NCBI GenBank assembly: GCA_004764695.1
Contig: SMSO01000005.1
Location: 372,001-436,000 of the forward strand
Source: Schizochytrium sp. TIO01
Taxonomy: Eukaryota; Protista; Bigyra: Labyrinthulomycetes
DNA length: 64,000 nt
Reading direction: 5' to 3'
In this document: piece after piece, positions 46,749 through 57,660 of the stretch
Position numbering within the stretch: position 1 is the stretch's first letter
Layout of the letters: the number at the start of each line of letters is the position of its first letter
Made by a program: the position numbers and the translations under genes
Notes under the pieces: model-generated
What the model saw: only the letters and a program-made list of their open reading frames with translations
The model's database searches: none
Told to the model about the DNA's origin: nothing

Positions 46749-49700
46749 ATTCAGGCCCCGAGAGGAGAGAGCAGTCTAAAGCAGTCTCTGTTGGAACGTA
46801 TTTAAGTTTCCCGTTCTGCATACGTGCCCAAACCTCGACTGTCCATGGTAAACGAAGCAAAGACAGCACATCAGAGGCAACAAAGCCAGGTTCAGCTTCA
46901 GCTGTGGCCTCGTAAGTGTGAACACGAATATGGATGGGATGAAAACGCACAGGAGTGGTGTTTAATTGCCTTGCGGCAATCTTTGTAGCAGCCTCAATGC
47001 CAAAGGTTGATTCATATACTTGATCGACACTATCTGCATCGGCATCTGAAGGATTGTAGTCATTATAGCAACGAGGAATTGCACTTAGAGGTTCATCACG
47101 ACAAAGCATTTTCAGGGTCATCAAGGTCTCTAGACGGGCAGCATATTTGAGACATTGTGTGGTCTTCCATTCAACGACAACCCGATCCAGCCAGCCAGTC
47201 TCCTTAAGGCGCTGCAAGCCTGAGCTAGTGCTAGCAATTTTGAACATAAACGGCCGCATACTATGCATATCTTGGAACTGGTGTAATGGCTCCAAGCTCA
47301 TATCGCCAATTTCGCGCAGGTAGCTTGGGTAGTACACAGCCTCATTTAGCACAGAAACTGCTGCATAGGCGACACGTTTATATGAGCCTGTGAGAGACAT
47401 GAGAATCTCTAACAACCAACGTGCAAAACCCTCATTCTGTTGCACATGTGAGCGTCGCAAAAGAGATCGGATGAATCCCACCACGAACATAGTGAGCTCT
47501 ACAGAGATCGATTGCGAAAGTACTAGGCTTTGGAGCCAATCTCGGCATGCAACGGACATGGCAAAGTCAAAGTTGAGCACAGCTAGACGCAGAATATAAT
47601 CCTTTTGAGGGTCAAGACTTAAATCTGACAGAAGACGAAACAAGTTTTGTTCTTCGAGAAGTTGTATGCCTGAAGAATGTGAGGTATATGCGCCAAGTAT
47701 GGCGAATAATCCCCGCGTCATGGTGCGCGAGCAGGCGATGGGCGAAAAGATGCGTCCATTCTCTGTTCCGGAAACATTCAGATTGCCACTGCCAGCCCCA
47801 GCCCCATTCATACCCATTGCACTAGCACCACTGATACTCCCTGAAATGGAATAGAGATCCGTCCGGTCAGGACGGGCACTAGAGCGTCGCCGGGAGCTGC
47901 GGCTTTCTGATTTACGCGTCGGAGAACTCAGCAAATTAACTTCGCTACGGCGTGCATGGGTCAGCGCGACAGATGCCTTCGGACCAGCTCCAGTAGCTTC
48001 GCCAGCAACTGAAAAGTAGCCTGAAAGCAATATATTCGGTGCATTAAAGAAGTTGTCATCGTCAAACTGCGATTCTCTTACTAGAGCTTCCACAATCTGC
48101 CGATGCAGACGCCCACGGCGGTCATGACGCAAAAAATCAACACCCTCTTGAAAATCAAGCATAGCATGCACTAGAGAGACACAAACAGAAGTGTAAGGGA
48201 GAAATTGTGCACGCCAAGGCAACACAAGGTACTCGCTTCCATTCATGGCGCGGAAAAAGCCAAACACGCGTTTCACAAACTTGGTCTTAAGAACCTCGTG
48301 ACAAAGCCCATGATGCCTGAGAGCTCCGGTTACAATCTGGTCGACCATGGACCATTCCCAAACGCGCCAATCCTTACCTTGTAAAACTTTGCTCTGATAT
48401 AAAAGTGCGTTGAGATGGTCAGTGTCACTATATGCGTCTTCGGTTAAGAGAGCGGTGCGTACATCCCGACGATGACCACGATTGCTTAAAGCAAATGATG
48501 GAGTGTCAGGAACTGCACCTTTCCTTAAGTTACGTAGCAATGCCCGACCAGAGATGGTTCCGGAACCTTCCTCTTGAGAATCAAGAAGCTGAGTTGCCAT
48601 GGAAGACATCAGCATGTGCTGCTGGTCGGGGCTTCGCATAACCTTTTGTTCTTGCCGTTTTGACTTGGAAATGAGAGACACTGGTCGAAGCATGGACCGC
48701 CGCAGCGAAGAGCGACGACCTTCCCCAGAGCTCTGCGAGCCACGCATACTATTTCCTGCTTTGCCAGGTAAGATAGATGTAGATCGAACGGATGCCGCAC
48801 GCTCGCCTAATGCATGTTCCAGTACAAGAGAGGTCATGAGGCGAGGTTCATATGGGAGAGATGCAACCTCTCCTCGAGGAAAGATACCAACATTTTGTCT
48901 TTCCCGCTCTCCAACAGGCGCCATGGCCAGTTCTAGTTCTGCACATAAAGAGACCGCATCCGAGTATGTGTAGCGACTGCGAATAGTTGCAACCGTGGAT
49001 TCATAAGAAATACCAACAATCCGCGCTAAAAGTGCAATCATTCGCCCAGCACGACGTGGTTCAAGCTTGAGGCCTACACCACCTTCAGTACTTTCCATAC
49101 TTTGAGTGGCCTTGGCAACAAGATCAGCCATGTTGAAAAGTTTCCAGTGTCGACTTTCGGGGAGCAGACGTTCTGACAATCGACTCAATATACCCAAAAG
49201 CTGTGCTGCCGTACGGGAAAATGGAGGATTCTCCTTGGCAACAATTTCCACAAGAGCATCGACAAGACCTCGAGCCGTAATTCCCATCAACGCAATTGCT
49301 AGAAACTGATTCATGACGGCGTGCGGCTCAGTTTGAAATCGAGGGAAGTATTCGGATGAAACACCAAACATTGTGAGCTCGCGAGCACTCTGTGCATTGG
49401 GTCCCAGACCCCAATATGAGACTCTCTGGGGTTCAGCACTGACTTCTATTTCATTCAGCTTGCGGAGTGAAGGGTCGGCTTTGGATACCGTAATATCATA
49501 TGGACAGAGGTGAAGGATAATAAGAGAGATTGTTTCAAGTACCATTTCTCGAAGCTCGAGACTGACTGGTTGCACGAGAATCTCGCATAAAGAGCGAATT
49601 CCATGAGGATCACTAATCATGAGCTGCATACCGGTCCATGTCTTCATGAAAAGAATGATCGCAGCTTGACAGGCTTTCCACGAAGCACGACAATCTTTTT

Positions 49701-51141
49701 TACCTGCACTGTCCGCATTTGTGAGCGGTGAAAGCAAAGCAGCAACATCTAACGAGGGTCGGATGTACTGGCGTGAGGGTCCGTGGGAGAGTAAGTGGAG
49801 TAATGTTAAGGTGAGTGACTGAGCCATCTCCCGCATTTCTGGATCAACAATAGCCTGCACAATTACACGAATGCCATCGCATTGCGCCACCATAGCCGTG
49901 CATCGTAAAGCCATTTGGCGTAAGGTCTCTAAAGCAACACGGCGGAAAGTGTCTTCAGGATTATTAGCAATAGCGACAAGGCTACGCACGATCCCACGGG
50001 GCAGTAGCGAGCACTTAAGTTCCATAATGCGTCTACAGAGCTTTAGCGCCTCCATGCGCTCTAGGACATGTCTGTGTTCAACGTCTAGGGTCCTGACAAC
50101 AAACAGGTGCACGCGCAGAGAATTAAATTCTCCGATAGACTCTTGCTCAAGCATTAGATGCCTTAGCAGGCGAAAACCACTTGTACGAACTAATGTATCA
50201 TCGGTTGCAACAAGGGGCCGAATTTTACGTATGATAAGCGCATAATCAAGGTGAAGTTCTTCGAGGTTGTCTATTACATCATCTGACTTTAGCAGTTGAA
50301 CAAGCTTTACCATCTTTTGCAAAAGTGTTGCGCGACCAAGTACCTGGTCGGCAAAGGGATCTAATGCTTCGCAATCGCGCATAATCCGAAGCCTTGTATG
50401 ATCAACGGGCGTCAGATCAGATGAGCTAGCAGACTCACCCCGAGTCCTGACGCTTAGCGAAGACAACTCTCGCTGCACTTTCGCACCATTTGGATACGGT
50501 GACCGCTGAAGTACAGGTCTTGGTGGACGTGCCACATGACCTGACGGTAAAATCGTGTCATTTATCTCTTTGCCCTCTTCATCGTCCTCATTACTTAGTG
50601 TGCCGTGTCGCTCCCTAGTGTCACTATGGAGCGTTTGCTGCGAATCTTGCCCAAGTTCTTGGGATGTGGTCCCGCCATCACCTGCAGTACTACTCTGGCC
50701 TCCACGGAGATGAAGAAGACCTCCAGGATCCGGTGACCTCAAATCTGAGATAATATTATTGTCCACAATTCTTGATGACTGCACTGAAGTTAATGAGACT
50801 ATATCAAGATCACTATCCCTATTCCTGTTTACAGCTGCCAAGTTGAGCGCAAGAGTTTCGCTTGCGTGGTTTCCTGCAATAGTGTCATTTCTAGCAGTTT
50901 CATTGGCAATAATCTGAGGTTCAAGCGATGTTTTTCGTTGCGTAGCGACGTTGGTTTCACCCTCTAGGTCATAGTTTTCCTCAGAGGTTTCAATAATTTC
51001 TCTGTGTAAGTCATTGGAAAGCGGATACATATTGCGTTGTCCCTCCTCATGTTCTGCTGTCGCGTTTTCTAGCGGCTTCGACGCTGCAGCAGGCTCAAAA
51101 ACGGGTTTTTGCCCTTGGTCAAACTCATTAAACTCGCTCAT
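46648..51141 (-). CDS. RICTOR: RICTOR (TORC2 subunit), N-terminal and middle part
   Basis: RICTOR_N signature VRTSGFRLLRHL...ERMEALKLCRRIM...LPRGIVRSLVAIANNPEDTFRRVALETL...DGIRVI. Middle block SKVLQGKDWRVWEW...TKFVKRVFGFF and ILGAYTSHSSGIQLLE. First ATG at 51141 (MSEFNE); the ORF-track start at 51231 is GTG. Confidence 0.9.
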   Translation of the reverse strand: MSEFNEFDQGQKPVFEPAAASKPLENATAEHEEGQRNMYPLSNDLHREIIETSEENYDLEGETNVATQRKTSLEPQIIANETARNDTIAGNHASETLALNLAAVNRNRDSDLDIVSLTSVQSSRIVDNNIISDLRSPDPGGLLHLRGGQSSTAGDGGTTSQELGQDSQQTLHSDTRERHGTLSNEDDEEGKEINDTILPSGHVARPPRPVLQRSPYPNGAKVQRELSSLSVRTRGESASSSDLTPVDHTRLRIMRDCEALDPFADQVLGRATLLQKMVKLVQLLKSDDVIDNLEELHLDYALIIRKIRPLVATDDTLVRTSGFRLLRHLMLEQESIGEFNSLRVHLFVVRTLDVEHRHVLERMEALKLCRRIMELKCSLLPRGIVRSLVAIANNPEDTFRRVALETLRQMALRCTAMVAQCDGIRVIVQAIVDPEMREMAQSLTLTLLHLLSHGPSRQYIRPSLDVAALLSPLTNADSAGKKDCRASWKACQAAIILFMKTWTGMQLMISDPHGIRSLCEILVQPVSLELREMVLETISLIILHLCPYDITVSKADPSLRKLNEIEVSAEPQRVSYWGLGPNAQSARELTMFGVSSEYFPRFQTEPHAVMNQFLAIALMGITARGLVDALVEIVAKENPPFSRTAAQLLGILSRLSERLLPESRHWKLFNMADLVAKATQSMESTEGGVGLKLEPRRAGRMIALLARIVGISYESTVATIRSRYTYSDAVSLCAELELAMAPVGERERQNVGIFPRGEVASLPYEPRLMTSLVLEHALGERAASVRSTSILPGKAGNSMRGSQSSGEGRRSSLRRSMLRPVSLISKSKRQEQKVMRSPDQQHMLMSSMATQLLDSQEEGSGTISGRALLRNLRKGAVPDTPSFALSNRGHRRDVRTALLTEDAYSDTDHLNALLYQSKVLQGKDWRVWEWSMVDQIVTGALRHHGLCHEVLKTKFVKRVFGFFRAMNGSEYLVLPWRAQFLPYTSVCVSLVHAMLDFQEGVDFLRHDRRGRLHRQIVEALVRESQFDDDNFFNAPNILLSGYFSVAGEATGAGPKASVALTHARRSEVNLLSSPTRKSESRSSRRRSSARPDRTDLYSISGSISGASAMGMNGAGAGSGNLNVSGTENGRIFSPIACSRTMTRGLFAILGAYTSHSSGIQLLEEQNLFRLLSDLSLDPQKDYILRLAVLNFDFAMSVACRDWLQSLVLSQSISVELTMFVVGFIRSLLRRSHVQQNEGFARWLLEILMSLTGSYKRVAYAAVSVLNEAVYYPSYLREIGDMSLEPLHQFQDMHSMRPFMFKIASTSSGLQRLKETGWLDRVVVEWKTTQCLKYAARLETLMTLKMLCRDEPLSAIPRCYNDYNPSDADADSVDQVYESTFGIEAATKIAARQLNTTPVRFHPIHIRVHTYEATAEAEPGFVASDVLSLLRLPWTVEVWARMQNGKLKYVPTETALDCSLLSGPEFGVDEPEIVAKELSDDGNAFIAAWTFHFSDSIS

Positions 51142-51499
51142 GATGTGATCGCCTGGAGAAGTTTCACCGCAAGAGCCTCCAGAACGGCTACAGGGCTCCC
51201 AGGATCCCTCTTTGGCCGGCGTTGATCTCACCGCCGGCCACTTTTTCGCGTCTGAGCGTGGTTTTGCGACTCCTTTCGGCGAGGCCTTGAGCGTATTTAG
51301 AGCTTGAGGTTCTGTCCTAGAATCCAGTACTAACTAGGGTCCCTTCTTCTTCCTTCTCAAAATGATTGAGTACCAACACTACTAGCTTCTCATGCGCATA
51401 AATTCATCAGTTTCAAGATTTTGCGTTCGTTAAGAGCAAAACAAAGCTGGGTGAGTGAATCCCCTCAACTCTTTGTTTGATTGGAAGATATATTTGTTT

Positions 51500-52000
51500 G
51501 TTTTGGCTTCATGTAAATGTACAATCACGAAAAAGGCACAAAGACGCAAATATTTGAATTTCTATTCTGAATCGAATGAAACTCAAGACTGCTTATAGTT
51601 TAGGGGTACATCTCCCATCTCTCCCTTCCCCCTCCCCCTGTTCGTATGGGCATTTTCTGAGAAACATTGTTGTTTTAGAAAAAAACCAAATTTGCTCCCC
51701 AACTAGGTGCGAGTATTGATATCTCCCACCTAAAAGATCAACATGAAGCAGAGCATCTCAGTCTAATAAGCGAACAAATATCAACAAAACTCGAAACACG
51801 ACTTGCTATGTACGAGAGAACAGTCTTTCAACTGGCCATGTTACTTCTCGCACAGCAAGAATCTAAAATACTAGGTTCGAACAAAATACGATGAGCAATT
51901 ATACTATAGTGGGGAGTCGATCTAGCGCTAACCTGCGAATAATGCACGCCACCCCAAACAAGAGTGCTTCAAGTATACTATAACATTGTTTTAACGTCAA
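51500..52000 (+). pseudogene. Decayed LRR relic (plus strand)
   Basis: KYLNFYS (~51549), EHLSLISEQIST (51751), YVRENSLST (51807), KNLKY* (51857) and GSNKI (51874). Confidence 0.45.
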
Positions 52001-52049
52001 ATTTTCGGTTTTGTAGTGAGTTACGACTCTGTACGTGAACTTCTTAAAA

Positions 52050-52900
52050 GAGCCTGTACTTGATATTTAGCTTGTGTGTGGTTGATTCAATCAGAATTGT
52101 GTTATTATGTTAATCTCTATTGATAAGAACTTAGTTTCAGCATACTAATTGTACCTGTTTTGTCATCTTGCATAAATCTCTGACGATAGGTACTATATCT
52201 TGAATGGTGTTTTAATGTTGCGAGACCAATCGAACATTTGTTGTTGCAGTTGAAAGGGATTAACATAATCAAGGTGGCATTCGTTCGATCTAGTGTCTCA
52301 AATTTAGCATTAATTATGTTGTGCAGCAAAATGCATGTGAGTTTTGAAGATAAATTTATTATTTTTGATTGCAACATTAAATGCGATAATTAAGGAATTT
52401 GTTCATAGGGGTTCTATCCGTACTGACAAAGTATCTATAGCACGTTGCAGGTTATATCTCTGGTCTTTCCAAGATTTGTAGATTTTCTTCTTGAATACTG
52501 CGTAATACACACATCTTTCAATGAAAGAGATACGACGAATCAATATTTAGCATTACAAATCAGCATTCTACTATTAAAAGATATCACTCATGAATATCTA
52601 CTTCAGTATATCATACTCTCTCTTGCAAACTCATATACATACCCCCAAGCAACCTGCATTCGATTTTCGCTTATACACTAATCTAAATACGGTGTAGCTG
52701 AAAGTAGGCCTAGTTCCTTAAAGCAATATTTACATGCCGAGAAGTTTAATCGTATACAAGTGAGGTCTCTTTTGTGAAATTTGAATCTAAATTTTGATGT
52801 GCTTACGTCCAGTAATATAAACTTGTTGAGATGTTTGTAAGGTTCTTTGAGATAGTTAAATAGCCCAAAGTGTAGCATTGTGTGCTCAGGATCATAGAAT
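52050..52900 (-). pseudogene. Decayed LRR relic (minus strand)
   Basis: ORF 52678..52878 gives HLNKFILLDVSTSKF and FKELGLLSATPYLD, which continues past the stop as CISENRM. ENLQILE (~52490). ORF 52117..52377 gives IINLSSKLTCILLHN. Confidence 0.55.
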
Positions 52901-55202
52901 ACAATTCACATTAGATATGGACAGACTCGAGGCGAGTCGTGTACACGTCAACGGAGGAATTTTATTTGTTTATTTACTGAGGCACGATTAATACTTCCTT
53001 TGAGATATCTTTCGATGAGGTTGGCCTAGACTGATATTAGAGTGTCCGTAAAGTTTGCCGTTGCGCTTATCTTCACACGAAATAATTTCCATTAGTTCGA
53101 ACTATACAACCATGTAATCTTCATATGTTCGGTGAAGCACTAAATTACTGCTTGATTTATACGTGCTTCATATCTATGGCAGGCCGTGGTACGCCGTGTC
53201 CCCTTTAGGCCCATAGGCCTTCAGACTTTGAAACGCAGATAGAAAGTGGACTCGAGCGTTGTCAACATCACCACTTCTTTCCATTATTGACCCTGCCTGG
53301 ACCACTGAAGCCTCTAAGTTTCGAGCAATAATTTATAGCGCTCACTGTACGCAGTTCGTAGACACGGGCAGATCAGCGTTAGACGAGCACCCCATCGCCG
53401 CTACGTCGCAATTCCAGGTTTGCCAACACGCTCTCGAATCCTCGAATCCTATCAAAGATCCAGGGGTTCCGCGTGCGCAGCTCTTACGGAACCCAGTGTC
53501 GCTCCCATCTGAAGTAGAAAAAGTTAAAGAAAGAAGGAGAAGAAGAAGAAGAAGGAAAAAAAGGAAGAATTAGCACTGTTTTCTACAAACAAAACAAACA
53601 AACAAACAGACAAATAAACAAACAAAAATGAAATCAATCGAATCTGTTTGTTTAAAGACTCAAGTTTCGCATGGCGTCCTCGTTCAAGCCCCGATGCTCT
53701 ACCAAGTCACCACGATATGCGAGCTAGCTGTAGCTGTGCAACTGTGCAAGCACCTGGCTGGGAGCAGAGGCCGTCTTCAGTTAGTCGTGGGTGGCGCGGT
53801 AGCACTCAAAGATCTTGTAGGAAATGCGCGCTTTCCAAGCAGTGGGAAAGATTACAAAAGCGCGCTCCTCTCTTTGTTTTTTCTACCATCAGGGCTCGAG
53901 AGGAGGCCCCTACTAACTGACTGACGAGCTAAATTCGGCAGAGCTCCACCTCGCTGGAAAGGACACGGCATTTCGAGGAGGCGCTCAGCTACTACGCTGC
54001 TCGTGCTCTGGCCACGAAAGAAAGCTGCCTTCGAAGGCGTTCCCAACGTGCTTCAGGGGCGTCAACCGATCTGAAGCTTCGGTGAAAACCGTTTCGCAGT
54101 CCAGAATATAACACAATTGATCGTGCTTACAGTCTCCTTTTTTAAATTTTAAATTAATTTTTTTTAAATGTAAATTTTTAATTTTTAATCTTAAAAAATA
54201 AAGTTGCTTCTTTCTGAAATAATAAGATATAAAATAAGATACAGAATACAAATTATAAAATACCAGGTACTAGTACTATCTATCTAACATGTACTCAAGT
54301 TTCTTATTCTCTGCCTAGTAGTTCTCAAACAACAAAATAACACACGAATGAAATACCTGGTAGTAAAATACATACATATATACATAAAAATAAAATAAAT
54401 CACATGGTTCATGTCGCATCATAGGCAGCCAGCCGCCCATAAGCACAGGAAAGCACTGAAACAGTTTATGCCACGGTTTTCAAGTTGTCCAAAGTAGCCT
54501 ACTTCTTGCGAACTCGTATCCACCCTCGCTGGTCAGAGGTGCCGAGTTAAAGTCTTTTAACTCGGGGGGTAAAAAAAAGCTCAAGTCAAATCCACAGTAC
54601 AGAAGAAAGAAATACCTTGAAGAAGTGAACTCGGCTTGCTTGGCCCATTCATTCACAGCACCTCTCGACAGGCCTCGATGGGCCGAAGACAGCGACGGTA
54701 CTCCGCTTTGTCGCCTTGGAGCGCCCGTTTCCGGCTTCGCGTGAGTCGGCGCGACTAATTGAATCCGCCTCGAACGGGGGTTTCAAGATGGCGCTTTTCT
54801 TCAATTAAAAAAAAGTGCAGTGCATCTTTGTTTTCGTACGCGCTGTCGGAGTGAGTGTGAAAATGAGGAGCGACCGGTGCGCCGCTTTCAAGATAGGCCA
54901 AAGAACTCGCGTTCGAACCGTCTGTGCGCCAATGCGACACGAATAGCCAATTCGTGCTAGGATCTTTGGAGGACGGAGAAGAAAATCTTCGGGAACTCGC
55001 GTCGCGAGACCTTTCTGCGATCTCCGCGCCTCGGACTTACAGGTAAGTGCAGCGCGGGATCCTTCAATAAATTGACTGCGCCTAAATGAAAGAAGGCCGT
55101 CGGCGAAGAGCTCCTTCGTCCTTCGTGGCAGTCCGTGGAAAACCTCAGAACGACGAGAAAGTGAAACCCAAGCTGCCTCCCTCGTATGCGAGCTTGTGCA
55201 GG

Positions 55203-55242
55203 AAGCCTCGAAGCCTCGAAGCCTCGAAGCCTCGAAGCCTCG
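55203..55242 (+). repeat. (AAGCCTCG)5 perfect octamer tandem repeat
   Basis: Five exact copies read directly. Confidence 0.95.
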
Positions 55243-57194
55243 AGCTGAGCGAATGCCGCCTTACGGCCGCAAGTCTGCATCCTAGCGAGACCCAAGATCG
55301 ACTTCGTTCAAGTTTTGCATGAAAGCCTTGGTTTGATGAGAGAAATTACGGATGAACAAAGAAATTGATAAGGGATTTAAGAAACAAGTTAACACATGAA
55401 TGGGTGAATGGGTAAATGAGAGAGTGAGTGAGTGAGTGAGTGGGTGGGTGGATGAGTGAATGGGTGAATGAGTGAATGGGTGAATGAAAGAATCACTGGT
55501 GACAATCTAAAACTAAGCGATCGCTGTCACGGACGCCTCACCAGTTTTTTAGAATGCCCCGGTTCCCGTCCGTACTCGGTATCGTGGGTATGTATGTATG
55601 TATGTATGTATGTATATATATATATGTGCACACAAGAGCAGGATATAGACATAGTAGTGATTCTTGTGCAAAATTGCTGCTCGGTGGAGACCTATCCTAC
55701 CTACCAAGGAGAGCTCTTCCTGTTTCTTCAAAGTTGTCCTTCAAGATTTCCGTATTTTGCTGTTTTCAAGATCAAACCCGTGGGGACGGCTGGCTTAGCG
55801 CGCTTGCTGGCTGGCTGGCTGGCTAAGATGAAAGGTTTGCATCGTAGAGACTCTGGGCAGCGCGGCCAGAAGCCTCGTGGGACGACGACAGCAGCAGCCA
55901 AGAAGTCAAAAACGCCTGCACAACTTGCCAGATTCTCGTCATAAATACATCAATTAAAAATTTGCTTGCTTACCAAGCAGCTTAATTGAGGAAAGGACCT
56001 AAAGAGGCAAGTATTGACTACGAAGCACCCAAAACAAACACGATGGCCAGGCCGGTCAGATATGAAGATCTAAAATGCCAGCAGCACTCAGACGACTCGG
56101 GAGTCCCAATACAGCTCAAAACAATCCGTGAGTGACGGTGACTGCCAAGCTCTTTTTCAATATGCGAAGTAGCATTCGGAATTTCAGGAGCACGAGTTGC
56201 TTCTCTTAGATTTCGGGATTTGCACGAATTTCATCACTGATCAAAAGGAGGCGCTCCACATTTTCACAATTCAGAATTTTTCGTGTTAAAATTTTTATTT
56301 TATAAAAATTAATTCTTTCCCTAATAGGCTACCTACTAGCTTGAAAGAAAATAAGTAAAAGTAAAAGTAAAAGTAAGAAGTAAAAAGTAAAGAGCAAGCG
56401 CAGAGAGGAAAGAACAAACCAGATACCACTTTAGTTAAGCAGATAGGAAGTAGCTACTAGTAGGACCACCAGATCTTAGCAAGAACTATTGGAGATCAGC
56501 CGCGGAACAGCGAAGATAATCGTGAAGCGTCATGTAAAAATCCCTTAAATCACCATATCCAACTTGAAAACCCACACGCGTAGGTATAGCGGCACTCCAC
56601 CGAAGAGCCACACCTCTTCACAATTTCCTTCTCGCAGGAAATAGCCAGCAGCAGGAGGAACTGGTTTGCTTGCTCGAGGTTCAAGTCGAACGCTGCTCCC
56701 TTCGTTGTAGCAACAACTTAATTTTCATAATTTGTTTTAAAAAAAATACTATGCTCTTATTTTACGACAGAAAAGTTGTTCTCTGGATTACCAAAAAGAA
56801 ATGCTGAAAAAAGAAAAAAGGAGAATAAACGCGAGAATAAACGCGGTTTCTATTATTCGCCGTTACCGTGCTACTCTTTTCCTTTCCAATCACCATGCTA
56901 GTTACTAGCACATATATATGACATAGTGGTTACTGGAAGATGTTTATCTCAAAATTTCATGACAGTGCAAAATCAAATGTCATTCAAGAAAGTAGCGAGC
57001 GCGCCCCTGTCTAGAGAGCAGACGTGTCCAAAAGTCTGCCTATAACGCTTCAGCCACCATGATCTCCATCATTTTAGGTTTCCAAGCTTGCAAATCGAAG
57101 ACTTACCCGAGGTCCGCGTTTCCCTTTCTAGTACCGCAACTTGAAGTCAAAAACCAGGTACAAAGAATTAGAATAGGTATTCCCTTATCCTGGT

Positions 57195-57660
57195 AATGAG
57201 TGATTGTTTTGGCAGGCAATTAAACAAAAAAAATCTTATTACCTCTGACTACGGAGAGTGTCGTATCCTAGTGCTGCGTGTATACTAGCTAAGCACTAAC
57301 AATTCCTCATTTGAAAATTTCTTTATTTCTTTCATTCACCACAAAAACACGCGCGATGCGATGCGATGCAATGCGATGCGATGAAATTTGAGTTTCTTTC
57401 CTTTTTATTTGAGTAGTTGTAATCTTCAATGGGCAGAACAAGTTGAATTTGAAGGATTGCTATGCAGCGAGGCAAAACGCCTTGGAACCCTACGCATACC
57501 TCGCCGACTCGACGAGTTAAACTAATGGAGATGTCCACATGTCCTGGCTGGCAATTACAGTAGGTAGACTGGTAGATTAGGAGATTCTATGTAATTATCA
57601 GCCAAAGGCAACGCCTTAAAATCTTTCACCCTGGGTAAGAGGCCAAAACAATCACTCATT
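57195..57660. mobile_element. Candidate MITE-like element bounded by perfect 19-bp inverted repeats
   Basis: AATGAGTGATTGTTTTGGC (57195-57213) and its exact reverse complement GCCAAAACAATCACTCATT (57642-57660). 466 bp, non-coding, flanked by GT on both sides. Confidence 0.45.

Noticed and set aside
54530-54570. Hairpin CCGAGTTAAA-gtct-TTTAACTCGG with a tRNA-Leu-like start
   Set aside because: No cloverleaf or T-loop; a single 10-bp stem is weak evidence, and bacterial-type terminators do not apply here.
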